From contig JADIIX010000077.1 of assembly GCA_027604505.1 (NCBI GenBank), positions 62,001 to 105,957 of the forward strand: DNA of 43,957 bases. Direction: 5' to 3'. This document shows, piece after piece, positions 12,802 through 26,530 of this stretch. The notes beneath the pieces were generated by a model. It saw nothing but the letters and a program-made list of their open reading frames with translations. It was not told where the DNA came from and searched no databases. Numbering within the stretch: position 1 is the stretch's first letter; each line of letters opens with the position of its first letter. The translations under genes were made by a program, and so were the position numbers. This DNA is from Gonapodya sp. JEL0774 (lineage: Eukaryota).

Positions 12802-14106
12802 GTTCTTGATCCTGAGAGATGTTGGATATCAAGCGCAGAGTATCTTCGGAAGAGAGAGAGGAGAAGATGTACAGCAATAACGGGAAAGGACGATGATCAG
12901 TTACAAGCAGTGGAATGAGGGAGGGTCTCGTTGGAACCTCACAGGTACCAAAGGACGAGGGACAGGCACGCTGGAATCCTTCAGTTCATACCTCGCCACT
13001 CGAGTAGCGCAGTCATTCACGGCTTTGGTCTGTCTTCTTTCCGGTGCTCTCCTCGTGAAGCCAAAAAGCTCGCATACACAGGGGACACAAACCCGAAAGC
13101 CCATCGTCTCTCACTCGTTCCGGCCATTGTGCTCTCTGCAATCTCTCGTCTCCATCTCAGTGTCACTGGAAGAACTCTTCTTATCCGTCACCCTCTGAGA
13201 TTGTCCTTGCAGAAGCCACGCTCGTCCGAACTCTCCTCAAACCACCACTAGAGCTGAGCACCAACCTTCACTCTCGTTATCACCACGTCTTCGGGCTAAA
13301 TATCTCTTGCCAGGCTTAGGTTTTGGGTTGGTCTCTGCTCGGTGTGTTGCCGCGTTGGTGGCTCGTTTTGCTCCTGTTATGGTGTTGTTTGCCTGAGCGA
13401 GCCCCTTCACTCCAACATCCCTGAAGGTGTGCTGATATATCGTCCGATCACACCAATGTCGCCCCAAACGTACAGCAGAATATTCATACCTCTTGACACT
13501 AGCATCATTCTTCTTGTGATATTAATGGTCGTGGAAGTTTCCACCATCATTTCGCCATGGCTTTTACGGGGATCAAATTGTTGCATAAAACCACACAAGA
13601 AGTTTGCAAATTCTAATGTAATCTATTCACTTCGCTGGAAGCGTTTGCTCCAACAATTTGGAGAAGATGAGGTTGCCCACTTGAATTATGTCGCTGTGAC
13701 GCGGACAAGACTCTCACGAACTGCATCTTGAAGCCTTGCAAAGTCGGTCAGTAAGGATACATATTCTCTTCTCAGCCGATGGAACACGTGTTTCGCCAAA
13801 CTGGCCCCCTAATGGAACTGATTGTGCGGATTAGTTGCAAGACGTGCCACTGGCGACGGATTCCTCTCCAACACACACGCATATGTAGAGAGTACAGATA
13901 CGACGACATTCACCGCAGAACGGCGAGCAGGCCCGCCCGCCGCATTACTAGCTTGTTGGGTTACCAAGAAATTATACCAACACTCCATGGTCGTATCAGC
14001 GTGTATAAGCATCATGGACGAACACTTAGTGTATTATCTCTCTTGCATGTAAAAATATGTGAGAAAATGCAATCCCCACCAATCGTCAAAAAGCAGACTT
14101 AGATCT

Positions 14107-14187
14107 TGAAACCAATCCGTCTGAAACCAATCCGGTGCTGTGGTCGTCACCTCTTGTCCTCAGCTCATCTCCCCAAGCGATATAAAA
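14107..14187 (+). promoter_or_regulatory. Putative actin core promoter: duplicated CCAAT box plus TATA box
   Basis: TGAAACCAATCCG occurs at 14107-14119 and 14122-14134, and TATAAAA at 14181-14187, about 90 bp upstream of the actin ATG. Confidence 0.6.
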
Positions 14188-14242
14188 GTCAAATACTCGC
14201 TTTTATCGCAATCCAATTTCAGTCAATACAGTGAACTCAAAA

Positions 14243-14275
14243 CAAAAATCCCACAGCAAAAATCCCACAGCAAAA

Positions 14276-14277
<2 letters not shown>
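14243..14277 (+). repeat. 14-bp tandem repeat (CAAAAATCCCACAG x2.5) in the actin 5' leader, running into the start codon
   Basis: Directly visible. Confidence 0.85.
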
Positions 14278-16027
<1,750 letters not shown>

Positions 16028-16571
16028 CGATTAGCGTGGCGAGATAGAAGTTCTAATTTTGCAATTATTTAGCTGGTTGCATTGTTGATTGAATTGATTT
16101 TACTTGGCTTCTGAGGTTTGACGCTTCGCCCGTACTCTCCGAAAGCGACAAGAGGTCCCCCCAAGACCCGCTCCGGACGGTCGCTTCATGGAGCTGCGGA
16201 AAACTCGAAAACTCTTCATCGTTTCATGGACTACAATTATGGTCTCGGTTTTCATAATATATTCACAGGACGATAGACCTTACGGCAACAGCATAGGCAT
16301 CACCCGCATCTAAAGTTGCTTCTGGGGTACTGAGTGATTATCCCCGCTTCTCCCCTTATTATTCCTGTCTTCAACCTTTACATAATACTATGTGACAATC
16401 AGTGTTGAAGTTTTACCACCAACGCGACCTTCCCCATCAAATGCAATCCACTCCGCTTTGATGTCATCAATATGATTTGCAGCGCGACTGATTGTATGTC
16501 CATAATACATGAAAGCAGGGTGTGGCCTCCCGAAAGTTTGTGGGGATACTTTATGTTCCATTGAGGCTGTC

Positions 16572-18544
16572 ATGTCATCATCTAACTCCACGTCTTCCGG
16601 GGAGGGCGACAGCTCCACTCTCGACCTCGTTTCCGGCCTTGTTTTTCTGGTTCTTGTCGTCGGATACCATGGATGGCTATTCAGTTACACGGAAAGACAC
16701 CCCCACGCGACTGTTAACGGTATCGCGAGCGCAGCCAGGTTCGTGGACCGCTCGACTTCAGGAGGACGGATGTAGACTACACGATCTATGGGCATTGGTG
16801 AAAGACGGTTTCAAAGTGTGGCTCCGTCCGAGGTCCGAAAGGATTCCTTGTCGCGAACTTACTTGTCTCCTCCACACCCCAATTTCTTCATCAAAGAACC
16901 GCGTGGATCACGGGTATGCTGAAAAAGCCTGATAATATTCTTGCTGGTGAGTTCTCAGAACGTCGGGGACCGTTGTGTTTAATCTTTTCAACTATGACAC
17001 TTTCCGACTTGTAGCTCAACTTCTCCGAAATTGGTGGGTCCTTTGCATAGCAGCAGGGAAAGAGTCCTCGCGTGAACTTGAAGGGTGACTTCGACTCCCT
17101 CTGTTAGGGTGCTGACTGCCCAACTTCTGGGCACAACTTCCATATCCGTCATGTTTGGCATGCTCGGTGCGTTCCTCCCTTTACTTTACTAAGCCTATCT
17201 GCGTGTTTTTTATAAAAAGGCTGCCACATTCGGACCGGCTTTGGTGACCTTGTTGCTCAGCCTTCGTGGTCAATACCAATCCCAACACCACCACACCTGA
17301 CTTCATAGGATTCGCGGGCACCTGTGAGTAACGCATTCGATTGTACTATGGTCTGATTGCAGTACTTCGCGTACGAGACGGAGATTGTCTCCCTTTTACG
17401 GCAGATTCTGCTGACTGCGTCCTCTACTTTCAGTCCGTGGTTTCAAAATTGCCATCTTACTCCTCGTATATCTAATGGTTAGTTTTCGTTCGCTGACAGA
17501 ACTAACTCACATTTCTAAGTGGACGCCGCTTCTTCCGTCTCCACCTCTCAGTCATTCCTGTGCTTTGCCCAAGTGTCCCGGCTGTTTGGCCACACTCTCA
17601 TCACCTATACCGCCACCAACTATGCACTCAAGCCTCCAACAGCTCAAGTTTTATCTTCAGCATCCGCCGCCACGTCTCCTCTCCCTGAGTACCCTGTGCC
17701 CCACGAACTCGCCCCAGACCTGCTATCTCACCTCCTCAATTCGGGCGCCTTCTACTGGACGATTGGCACCCGCCTTTTTTCCTTCTCATTTGCGATTCTC
17801 TTGTGGTTCTTTGGCGCCATACCGATGCTTGTCACCGGTGTCGCCACTGTGGGAATGCTGGTTGTGCTTGATTTGGCCGGCCTAACGGCTAGATTTGAGC
17901 GCTGGGTCTCGGGGGAGGACGAGGAAGTTCTTGAGGGGGAAGATGATGACGTGGAGCTTGCCAGTGTGGGGGATCTGCATGAGGATGCGTCGAAATTGAA
18001 TGTACCCGCCGCACGGCCAGGAGTGAGCCCTGGTTCTGATCGCAGCAAAACAATGCCACCCGGAGCTACTGCATCTGATCTTGTGAAGAGTGCAAGCCAC
18101 GCTGCATCAAAGACTGGTTCGGCACCTTTTGTCCACTTGGTTGCTGCGGCGAAAGATGGGGAGGAAGATCCATATGTGAGTGGTGGCCCACAGTGGCTGG
18201 GATCCCTTCTGCACGCAGCCAAGAACGCTTGCATGCTTGGCCTTAATCCCTGCTCCGTCCATGACTTCCGATCCCAGCCCGCATCATCTGCCCCTCCATC
18301 AGATTCTCTCGCCAACACGGAAGCTGTCGGCTCTAGTTCTTTGACACCTCCCACTGTACAGTCATCCCCCGCACGTTTACGAGCCGCCGCAACAATGACA
18401 CGACGGACATCCATGGGAGTAATTTTCCAAGGGCAGGGTTACTTCGCGGAACCTGCTGGAGGCGCGTTCGACGCCGGTGCAAGGCGGGAAAGTAGTGCCT
18501 CTGCTGATACGAAATTGATGGGCTCAGGATCTATGGGCGTTTGA
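16572..18544 (+). CDS. DUF599-family membrane protein with a long disordered C-terminal tail; 7 exons including a 19-nt microexon (17015-17033)
   Basis: Spliced motifs GYHGWL...HPHATVNGIASAARTAWITGML...ILAAQLLRNWVLTAQLLGTTSI...SFLCFAQVSRLFGH...LNSGAFYWTIGTRLFSFSFAILLWFFGAIPM match the DUF599 pattern. All junction phases are consistent. Confidence 0.85.
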
Positions 18545-18893
18545 TTATTGGTACGATACGCGTCATGCGATTGAACTAGAGTTGCTCCAATTGACGGTGT
18601 TTTGTAATTTGATCATGCTTGTCGTATAATTATTAAATGTCTAGGAATGCTGAAATGAGCCATTTGTGAACAAGCGAGTAAGATACACTGGGCCGAATTT
18701 CATTTTTGGAATCCCCATTACTCCTCACAGAAATAGAAGCTGCAGGCTGTGTGTTGTGGCGTAAAGGTTCACAGCGTATTTGCATTATTTTATTCCCCTG
18801 AAACTTGATTCTTGTGGCTTGGTCAGCCTTCCGTTTTGAACTCTGTAAGTAGAGGACAGTTCAGCGAGGGTGTCAAAATCATCATCACCTTCG

Positions 18894-20943
18894 TCATGAA
18901 CTTGTTGCTGAGAACTCGGACATTCTCTGGTGTAGAACAATAGCGAGCTTGGAAGCGTAAGGCCACCGCTTTCCGAAACTTCCAAGGAATACAGCTCGGG
19001 TAAAATGAGATTTCAGGCCGTTGAATCTTGATGAAACATGACGGACCCACCCATCCAGCACCTCAATGGCCCCATAAATCAGATCTAGCTCGCCCTTGTC
19101 ACCCTCCCGAATCAGGCCGAGGAGCTCGAATCCCAAAATGTACAAGGAGAACCCAGCCAGCGGGCACCCAATGTCGACCCAGTCAACACCACAACTTTTC
19201 GACGCTTCAAGGCAGACACAACTTTCAATAATTGTATGATCCAATTTAGCACATAAATGGCTCGTTATGTTGACGAAAGTCTCATTGTAAACAATAGACA
19301 GTGAAACAATCAACTCACGCCAACTCCAACGCTGACTTCGCATTATCATATCGCTGGGCGGTGTCATTCCTTGGAATCATGCGTTGCATCAGAGTATGGA
19401 AAACGAGCGGGACTGTCAGGGAGCGTCCAGCACTCGAGTACATGTTGCTCATCGAAACAGTCAGAGACCGCGAGATAGCAGTGTGCCCCCAAGATGGGAT
19501 CGCAAAAAGATGATGATTTGCTGTGAAGGGTTATTGCGCAAAATCCAATTCAGAAAGTGCCAGGAACTGCCATCTTCTCTGCTCACACTCGCGGTACTTT
19601 TGCAACTTCTGACATTCTGAGACTTTCCACCGCCTTGTTGCTTCGCTCTCTGCATGATCAGCTGCTAAACTTAAACTTGACCTGACTGTCTCGATCCTCC
19701 GCTCCTCGCTCGCAAACATGGCGGTGACATCAAGCAGGTGGTGCGTCTCAGCTGTTCCGGGATAGTTAATGGGTTTGTCGTCATACGCTTCTGGGATCCA
19801 ATCACGGTCAGGGATCGTAGCACGCAAAGCAGATACAGGGGACACATCGAGAATCGGCGAACGGCATGTGATCCCTGAGATGAGCCGATCGAGGTGCCAG
19901 AGGCCCAAATACGTGCGTAGATTCTGTTCTGCTTCAATCCATGCGTGCGTGAATGGAGGTTGTGGGATGGTCACCTCAACATCGAGGTGCAGCTGCTTGG
20001 CAAGCACAAACGCCGAACCGAGGTAAGTGTTCGCGGCTTGCATGTTGGGCTCGTGTTCTGTGATGCTGGCGAGGGCAAGATGAATTAGACCCCAAACTTG
20101 CTGGATAGTGGGTGCGGCAGATTCAAGGACTGGAACAACCAATCGTCGGGCACGGATGTAGAAGAAGTGACGGTCATATATTGAGGTGGGCTCGCTCAAA
20201 TTTTGAGATGGGAAAGTATGTCCCGCGAAAAATGGTGCAGCGAGTGCCAACATAGAATGGAGAAGAAAGGCCAGGGTAGCGGGGTTATCTAGTGCATGCG
20301 CGAGGAAGGAAGGCGGATAGATGAAGGGAATATGTGGGGCCACAAAAGTAAAGTAAACCTGGAGCAGAACCTTCAACGCTTCTGGGCTCGGTAAATCGAT
20401 GTGACCAGACGAGAATTCGGTGTGCTCAGAACTCGATGTTGAGGGCGATATCAAGTTCTGGCGGGTTCGGTCTGCAACTTTCGATCTAAGGAAGGACATT
20501 TGTAGAATATGGGCCACATGACCTTCACGGATCTTCTGCGCTGTGAGTAAGTAACGAAATGGCAGTTGTTGCGGTGGAGTCCTACCACTCTCCCTCCCAA
20601 GTCCTTGGGACGGGAACTGGAGGTGTTCCCACGAAGTGGGTGTCCCGCCAATTGCGCCGGTCACTGATTCAATTGATCTTTGTACGTTTCTAGTATCAAA
20701 AACGTTGCTTGGTGACGCTATGGAAAGATTGAATGGAATGCAAGAACGGAATGCAAAAACTGCGAGTCGTTGGTGAACCTGCACCTTTACGAATCGATTC
20801 AATCAAATCACCGGCTCCATAACCGCGTGGTTGATGCTCAAGATCTCTGCAATGAGAAATATGAGAGGGTGATTCGATTTCGTTCTTCCCGAGATAGTAT
20901 GTAAGTCGCACTGAAAATTTCCTCACCCAGGTTCAAACTCCAT
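18894..20943 (-). CDS. Fungal-specific TF middle-homology (Fungal_trans-like) protein, paralog 1, about 555 aa; exons 20943-20927, 20846-20785, 20717-19587, 19520-19319, 19221-19051, 18978-18894
   Basis: Motifs LPSPEALKVLLQVYFTFVAPHIPFIYPPSF, LLHSMLALAA, AFVLAKQLHLD and EAEQNLRTYLGLWHLDRLIS are typical of the Zn-cluster TF middle region. Exon boundaries are homologous to paralogs 2 and 3. The second intron is inferred because it is needed to keep the frame. An alternative in-frame ATG lies at 20949. Confidence 0.8.
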
Positions 20944-22014
20944 TTCCATCGCTATGATTTCAACGAGCCTCAGGCTAAGCGCAGTAGATGGGCGGTCCTT
21001 TGGGTATTGCTCAATTCGCATACCACGTTCAAGACGGAGCAACTCAAAATGTCATCAGGTCAAGCCAAGACCTGTTCCGGCAATCAAATTTGACACCTTA
21101 TCGCGAATGACAGCTCTTGCACGTACATTCACTTGAATGAACGAACGGAAGAAGGGCTCAGGAGATTTACAGAGTGAGCAGGTCTCTATTGTTCAACGCA
21201 AAACCACACAGAGAAGACTGTTCGTTGAACAGGAAGACTGAACTGCTCCCCCCGTCACATGCTCTGTCGCCTTGTCAAATCGAGAATGAAGACATAAAAG
21301 GTGCTTGGAAAGCCATCTTGTTGGAGAGAACCACGCAACGATCTCAATTTTCCAGCGACGTTGGCTGAGATAGCGACATTTACTTCAAACATCTTTCGTG
21401 TTCTTGCGAAATGAACAATATGTGAGGTGGTTGCGTGAATGGCTCGGCAATCAGTCGATCTACCATGGCTTGTCGAGAGCTGGAGGGAGCCTGGTCTGGT
21501 TTGGCAGACGTCAATGTTGGCAGATCGGGTGGACCGAGTGCGCATTGTGACTACGCTCCGGCTTTGCTCAGGTGCGTACGGCTGCCCGACCAGCCTAGAG
21601 GGAGCCCCGACCGCTAAATTTCATATCGTCGCCTGTGATGACATCTTTGAGCTGTGAGCCTACGCTAGCTCGTCACTTGTTCTAACTGATTTTCAGAGCG
21701 GAAATTGCTTATGCTCCTTGCTGCCGAACGTGCTAGGATTGTCGGTGATATCGTTGAGATGCAAGCGAAAGTTCCCCCTTACGATCTCAACCACTACAAC
21801 TCTCCCCATCTTCCACTCACTTTAAAAACTCTAACAGATACTGCCTTCTGTGAAGGTTAAAGTAAAACTGAAGTTGTGGGTACATAAGAGTTAATGCTGT
21901 GCTACCTCCTCCGCTGCAGCTCCGATTGAAAATCAACACTGAGAAAAGCATCAAGCAGACCAATGACATTTCTTTTCTGAGAGGTTGAATTCTGGAATGG
22001 CGATCTTCAAACGA

Positions 22015-22086
22015 CGTGTGAAGAGTTGGGATTCGGGACCGGACTCAAGGATAGAGATAGGATGGCTGAGGACACACAAGCACCAC
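22015..22086 (-). promoter_or_regulatory. Conserved non-coding element upstream of TF paralog 1
   Basis: The minus strand reads GTGGTGCTTGTGTGTCCTCAGCCATCCTA...TCCTTGAGTCC...ATCCCA...TTCACACG, aligning with 30400-30472 and 34799-34876. Confidence 0.6.
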
Positions 22087-23046
22087 ATTTTCCGGCGCAC
22101 CAAAATCTTGCTCCTCTTCCGCCCTTGGATTCTCCTTGGTGAGCGAGCTATGCACATAAGCCGATAGAACCCGTCCTACGCGGGTATGCAGCGCACCTGC
22201 TCTCTCGGTACTGCACTATCACCCTTCTCCACCCATCCTTCCCCCATTCGAACTTGATCACATTCCCTCCGTTTGTCGGTATAATCTCTTTGCTTTCCAC
22301 GCTCTTCCTCTTCTCACAGGACAGATTGTAGTTTTTTTGTTCTTATCTCTCCCTGCTGTCTGCGGATTGGGATGTCTCACTCGTACTCAGCTCGCCCCAA
22401 ACCATCTTCACCTTGGTAATCGGATGCCACAAGAATACGTTCTTTTAATTGGTCTGGCCCTAGCTTTCGTGGCAACGTGGCGTGTTCCAAGGAACAGTGG
22501 GATCGTTAATTGCGAAAATCGAATTGCGTCCATCTGCTTATTCGTGCGAAAATATTGTCCTGGACGACGTTCCCAATAACCAGATTTTTGCATGGTTTTC
22601 AAGGTCGCAGCGCGCAACGAGTTATCTGTGAAATGCGCAGCCAGCTCTCGCAATGCAACTGCCCACTGTCTCAACTGTACATTTGCATAAAAATCTCTCG
22701 AAATGTGGATTGCCAGTTTAGCTCGCCATCAGTGATTGGAACATGAACCAACAGCCCGGATTACAGTGACCGCGATGAGGTGCCGAGCTTTGGAACTTCA
22801 TCACACCCCAAATATATTCTGTTCGTGTCCAATGAACGGTCACATGCGACACAACGACTAATGCTACTACAAGATGACAAAATGAAAAATATCAGTTTAA
22901 GTTCATATGTGTTTAGCCATGCAGAAATATTAGTTTTCAACCTGTCCAGTTGGCATTGTGGACAAATATTGCTTTGAAAGCGTGTTCTCAAGCCGTGTAG
23001 TGCAGAAGGGGCGATGAACAGGAGATTATCAAGAACGAAAACCACC

Positions 23047-24225
23047 ATGCTGCTTAATAATCTTCTCCCCACCTCGATCCTAATTCAACATTCTGGCCAT
23101 AGAAGAATTGCTCTTCTCTTCACCATCTTAGGGCGTTTGCCCTCCCAATCCCATCAATCCATCAAGCGAAACCTGTCTTCACCTCGGCATGCTTTGTTGA
23201 ATGTCGCGTCTCCCTCCTCAATCCCTTCCCCTAGAACGCCTTCTACACAACGGGCCCATACTTCGTCGCTTGTTTTGCTCTATGAGGGCCCTCAAGCCTT
23301 ATCTTTTTCCCGCTCGCGGTGGGCTGCTTGGGCATACACTTTCATCACCCCCATCGTAATGCCCTTGTATTTTGGGGAAGGATTGGCAGTGAGTTATACG
23401 AGGATTTTTGCAGTAGGTATGTTTGCAGTGTGGAGTGGATGGGAATGCGTGATCCTGGGACGAGTGAGATAGTCGTTCTGATGTCGATGATTCGTGAAGC
23501 AGTACGATTTTTGAGGGCGAAGTTCACTCGCGGTAGCTTTCGCCACTTCTACATTTTTCAATGCTTTTCATGAAACTGATCCGTGTCTTCTGCTCACATG
23601 ACGGCGATTCTGTCCACCTTCCTTAACATCCCAAATAGCCCTCATCATTGGGGTCGCTCCTCATCTCTTCATCCACATCCTCTCCCGCAACTACGTTACC
23701 CGTATGTGGACCCGCCTCCTCCCTCCTGCCTCCAGTCCCTCTCATTCCGAGCGCCGCACACGACCCCAACATGGTCAACAACATGAACCTGTGCAACAGG
23801 TCCCCCTCGTCATAGAAACGTTTAGGCCTCTATTAACGAGTAAATCCACTCTGGAGGTCACAGTGGATATGCTGCGGTATGAGCCCAACTATGTTTTTTC
23901 GAATTGGGCAGTAGTGCGAGGACCTACACTTCCAATTACCGACTCTCCTACACCTGAGCGACTGGTGAACTCATCCCTCTCACATAAGCGCACAACTGTC
24001 GCCAAGGTATCCACTAAAACCTCCGTCCCGTACCCTTCCCGATCCCTTCGCCGCCTTTTTGGACTCGGCAGTCGCCGCCGATTCTACGTTGACCCTATCA
24101 GGTTTCGGGAACAAGCTGACGCCATATGGAAAACTGTGCAGGAGGCTGGAGTGTTGGTGGAGGATGGGGAAGGCGGGACGAGGTACAAGGGCGGATGGTT
24201 TGCCAGGTGGAGTCAGAAAGACTGA
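23047..24225 (+). CDS. TMEM70/TMEM186/TMEM223-family mitochondrial membrane protein; exons 23047-23388, an unresolved small exon, and 23639-24225
   Basis: The start has an ACCACCATG context and a presequence-like N-terminus. Motifs: LLYEGP followed by TM1, TM2 followed by HILSRNYVTRMW, IETF, FSNW and RFYVD. The phases require a small intervening exon. Confidence 0.65.
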
Positions 24226-24648
24226 CAGGGTGGGCGATGTCCAGTTGCGCAGAACCTGTTAAATGAATGGCTTGACATCTTCGTAGAAGTTCTTTGTGGA
24301 CATTTCGGATCTTGTTGATCTTCCTGTTTAGCAGACTGCTTGTTGATGTGGGAAAAGGTTGGAATCCACAGCAACAACGAATGTCCTCAACGGCGATGTC
24401 GTGAAGATTGCCAGGAGACTGTCATAATAATTTAGACCCTTTAACGAGTAAAATGGTTTATGTATGCAGGCACAGAACTCTTGACGGAGAGTGTGGATTG
24501 AGAATCTCCATGAGATTCATACTTAGATGTTTTGGAGCCTGGGATCTGAAACTTTTGACGAAAACGTGACGCGAGCCTTTGAGATTTGCCCCCGCTGTTG
24601 CAAGAAATGCCTGATGTCACCCTATGCAGTTCTCAGTAACTCACAACA

Positions 24649-26122
24649 ATGTCTCGACCATCCCCAAAGTTACGGCGCAGCCGAAGTCTCCCACCAAATT
24701 ACGAGCAATTGAACGTTAACCAACATCGCACCTATGGCTCCACATCCGTTTCACCTGTAAACCACCTGCGCACACAAAGTTACGAGTCCTATCGCATCGC
24801 AAACCCACCCAGATATCCTCAAATCGCGAATGCACAGAATCCCTACCAATCAACTTACATTTCACTTGCCCCAATTTTGTTCCGCCGAGCAACGGGTGAA
24901 ACCCACGCGGGGGATGTCGCAGGCATGGGAGCACAGACGCCGTCCCCTCGATCCGCCTCTCCTTCAGATATTATCACAAAACTCCGCGACAAACTTGATC
25001 ATGTTGGCGTGATCCTCGAGTCACGCGGTGCGCATGTAGCCGTGCTGTGGCTCACAACTGTGGACGTTGTCGCGGTGTTGACAGAGATACTCACGTCTTT
25101 GTGGACGGATCAACAAAAATGTAGGGACGGGACGGAATTAAATGCCCAAACTGGAATTGTAAAGGGGAGTTGGAGAGCGGTGGAGACGGCGATGTACATA
25201 CTGCATTGGATCTCTTTGTGTGAGTTGATCTCTCTCGTGCTCAAACAAGAGAACACACACTCCAAAATTGTTTTTCCGTCACCTTTCAGCAATCCTTCTC
25301 CTTTTTGTCCTCGAGATTCTTTTGCGTATTCTCGTTGCGCGGCCTTCACCCCTCCACTTCTTCTCGTCCCTATACCACATCCTTGACACATTGGTCATCG
25401 TGACGTCTTTAGTATTGCAAATTGTCTTGGTGCCTGGGAGTAAAGGCGAGGAACTAGCATCTTTGATTATCATTTTCAGGTTTTGGAGGGTAAGTTTTCG
25501 AGTATCATACCCCTCTTGATGTATCGTTCATGCGCACCACTTCCACTCACCCATGTCCGGTCAGGTCATTCGTCTGATCGAGTCTGTCACCATGCTCGAG
25601 TCCGCTCGCACCTCTGAACGCCTGTCTGTTCTCCACCTCCACGCGGAAGCCCTTGATCGCCACCTCACACAGTGCAGAACTCGGATTCATGTTCTGAAGA
25701 ACATGTTAAACGAGGTTGGAGTGGAAGTGCCCCATGGCTGGGAAGAAGACCCACGTGAAGAGGAGATTTGTGGCGAGTACAGACCGGAGGATACGATGGG
25801 CAGCCACATGGCATCCGGCGAGCATTGCGGTTCGCGCCCGAGAATGACCCCATGCACGCAGAACCCCTACGACCAATCACGGTCATACCGTCGTGTATCC
25901 TCCTCGGATACATACCTTGCTCCAGCCAACTCTCTATCGCCGTTTCATTCTGTCGCAGACTCTGTCTCGTACCTATCATTCGGGTCGGAACCCAGCACCG
26001 CAGGTACGGAAGACCCCGACCTCAACTCACTCGAATGCGAGGCCGACACCTATCATCGCGCGGGTATGACTAAAGCAGCTGGAGACGTGCTGGTACCAGC
26101 AGCACCACGCTATGATCTTTAG
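24649..26122 (+). CDS. HVCN1: Voltage-gated proton channel Hv1; exons 24649-25219, 25290-25489, 25565-26122
   Basis: S1 has the selectivity Asp (WLTTVDVVAVLTEI); S2 reads SILLLFVLEILLRI; S3 reads HILDTLVIVTS; the S4 signature RFWRVIR (RxWRxxR) forms across the splice junction. A coiled-coil follows and there is no pore domain. Confidence 0.93.
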
Positions 26123-26530
26123 GGATCAGATGACAGAGTGCGATTGTAACCGCTCAAATGCGATGAGTCGAATGAACGGGTCCTGGGAAGTGGGTTTGAA
26201 GATCTGGAAGACAACGGATAGCCGAGTGGCCGTAATCGGTGAACAAAACGGTGTTTCGACGTGATTCAGCGTGTGTTTCTATGTTTGTACATGATAGTGC
26301 AAATTGAGATCGATAATGATGGGTGACAAAATGTGAAGCAAATACACAAAAAGAAATAGCGTCCACCTATGGCTCCTATATTGCCAGTCAGTCCCAGAGA
26401 ACGGGCCTGGCTCCCTTCGTTTTTGCACACCCCTGCCCGATCCTTGGATGGCAAACAACTTTTCGCGAAATCCTCAGTAAACTCCATACTACAGCAACCA
26501 AGCTGTAGTTCGATGCTTGCATCAACCACA

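Noticed and set aside
21208..21220. U6-like ACAGAGAAGA box
   Set aside because: The following and preceding U6 sequence is absent.
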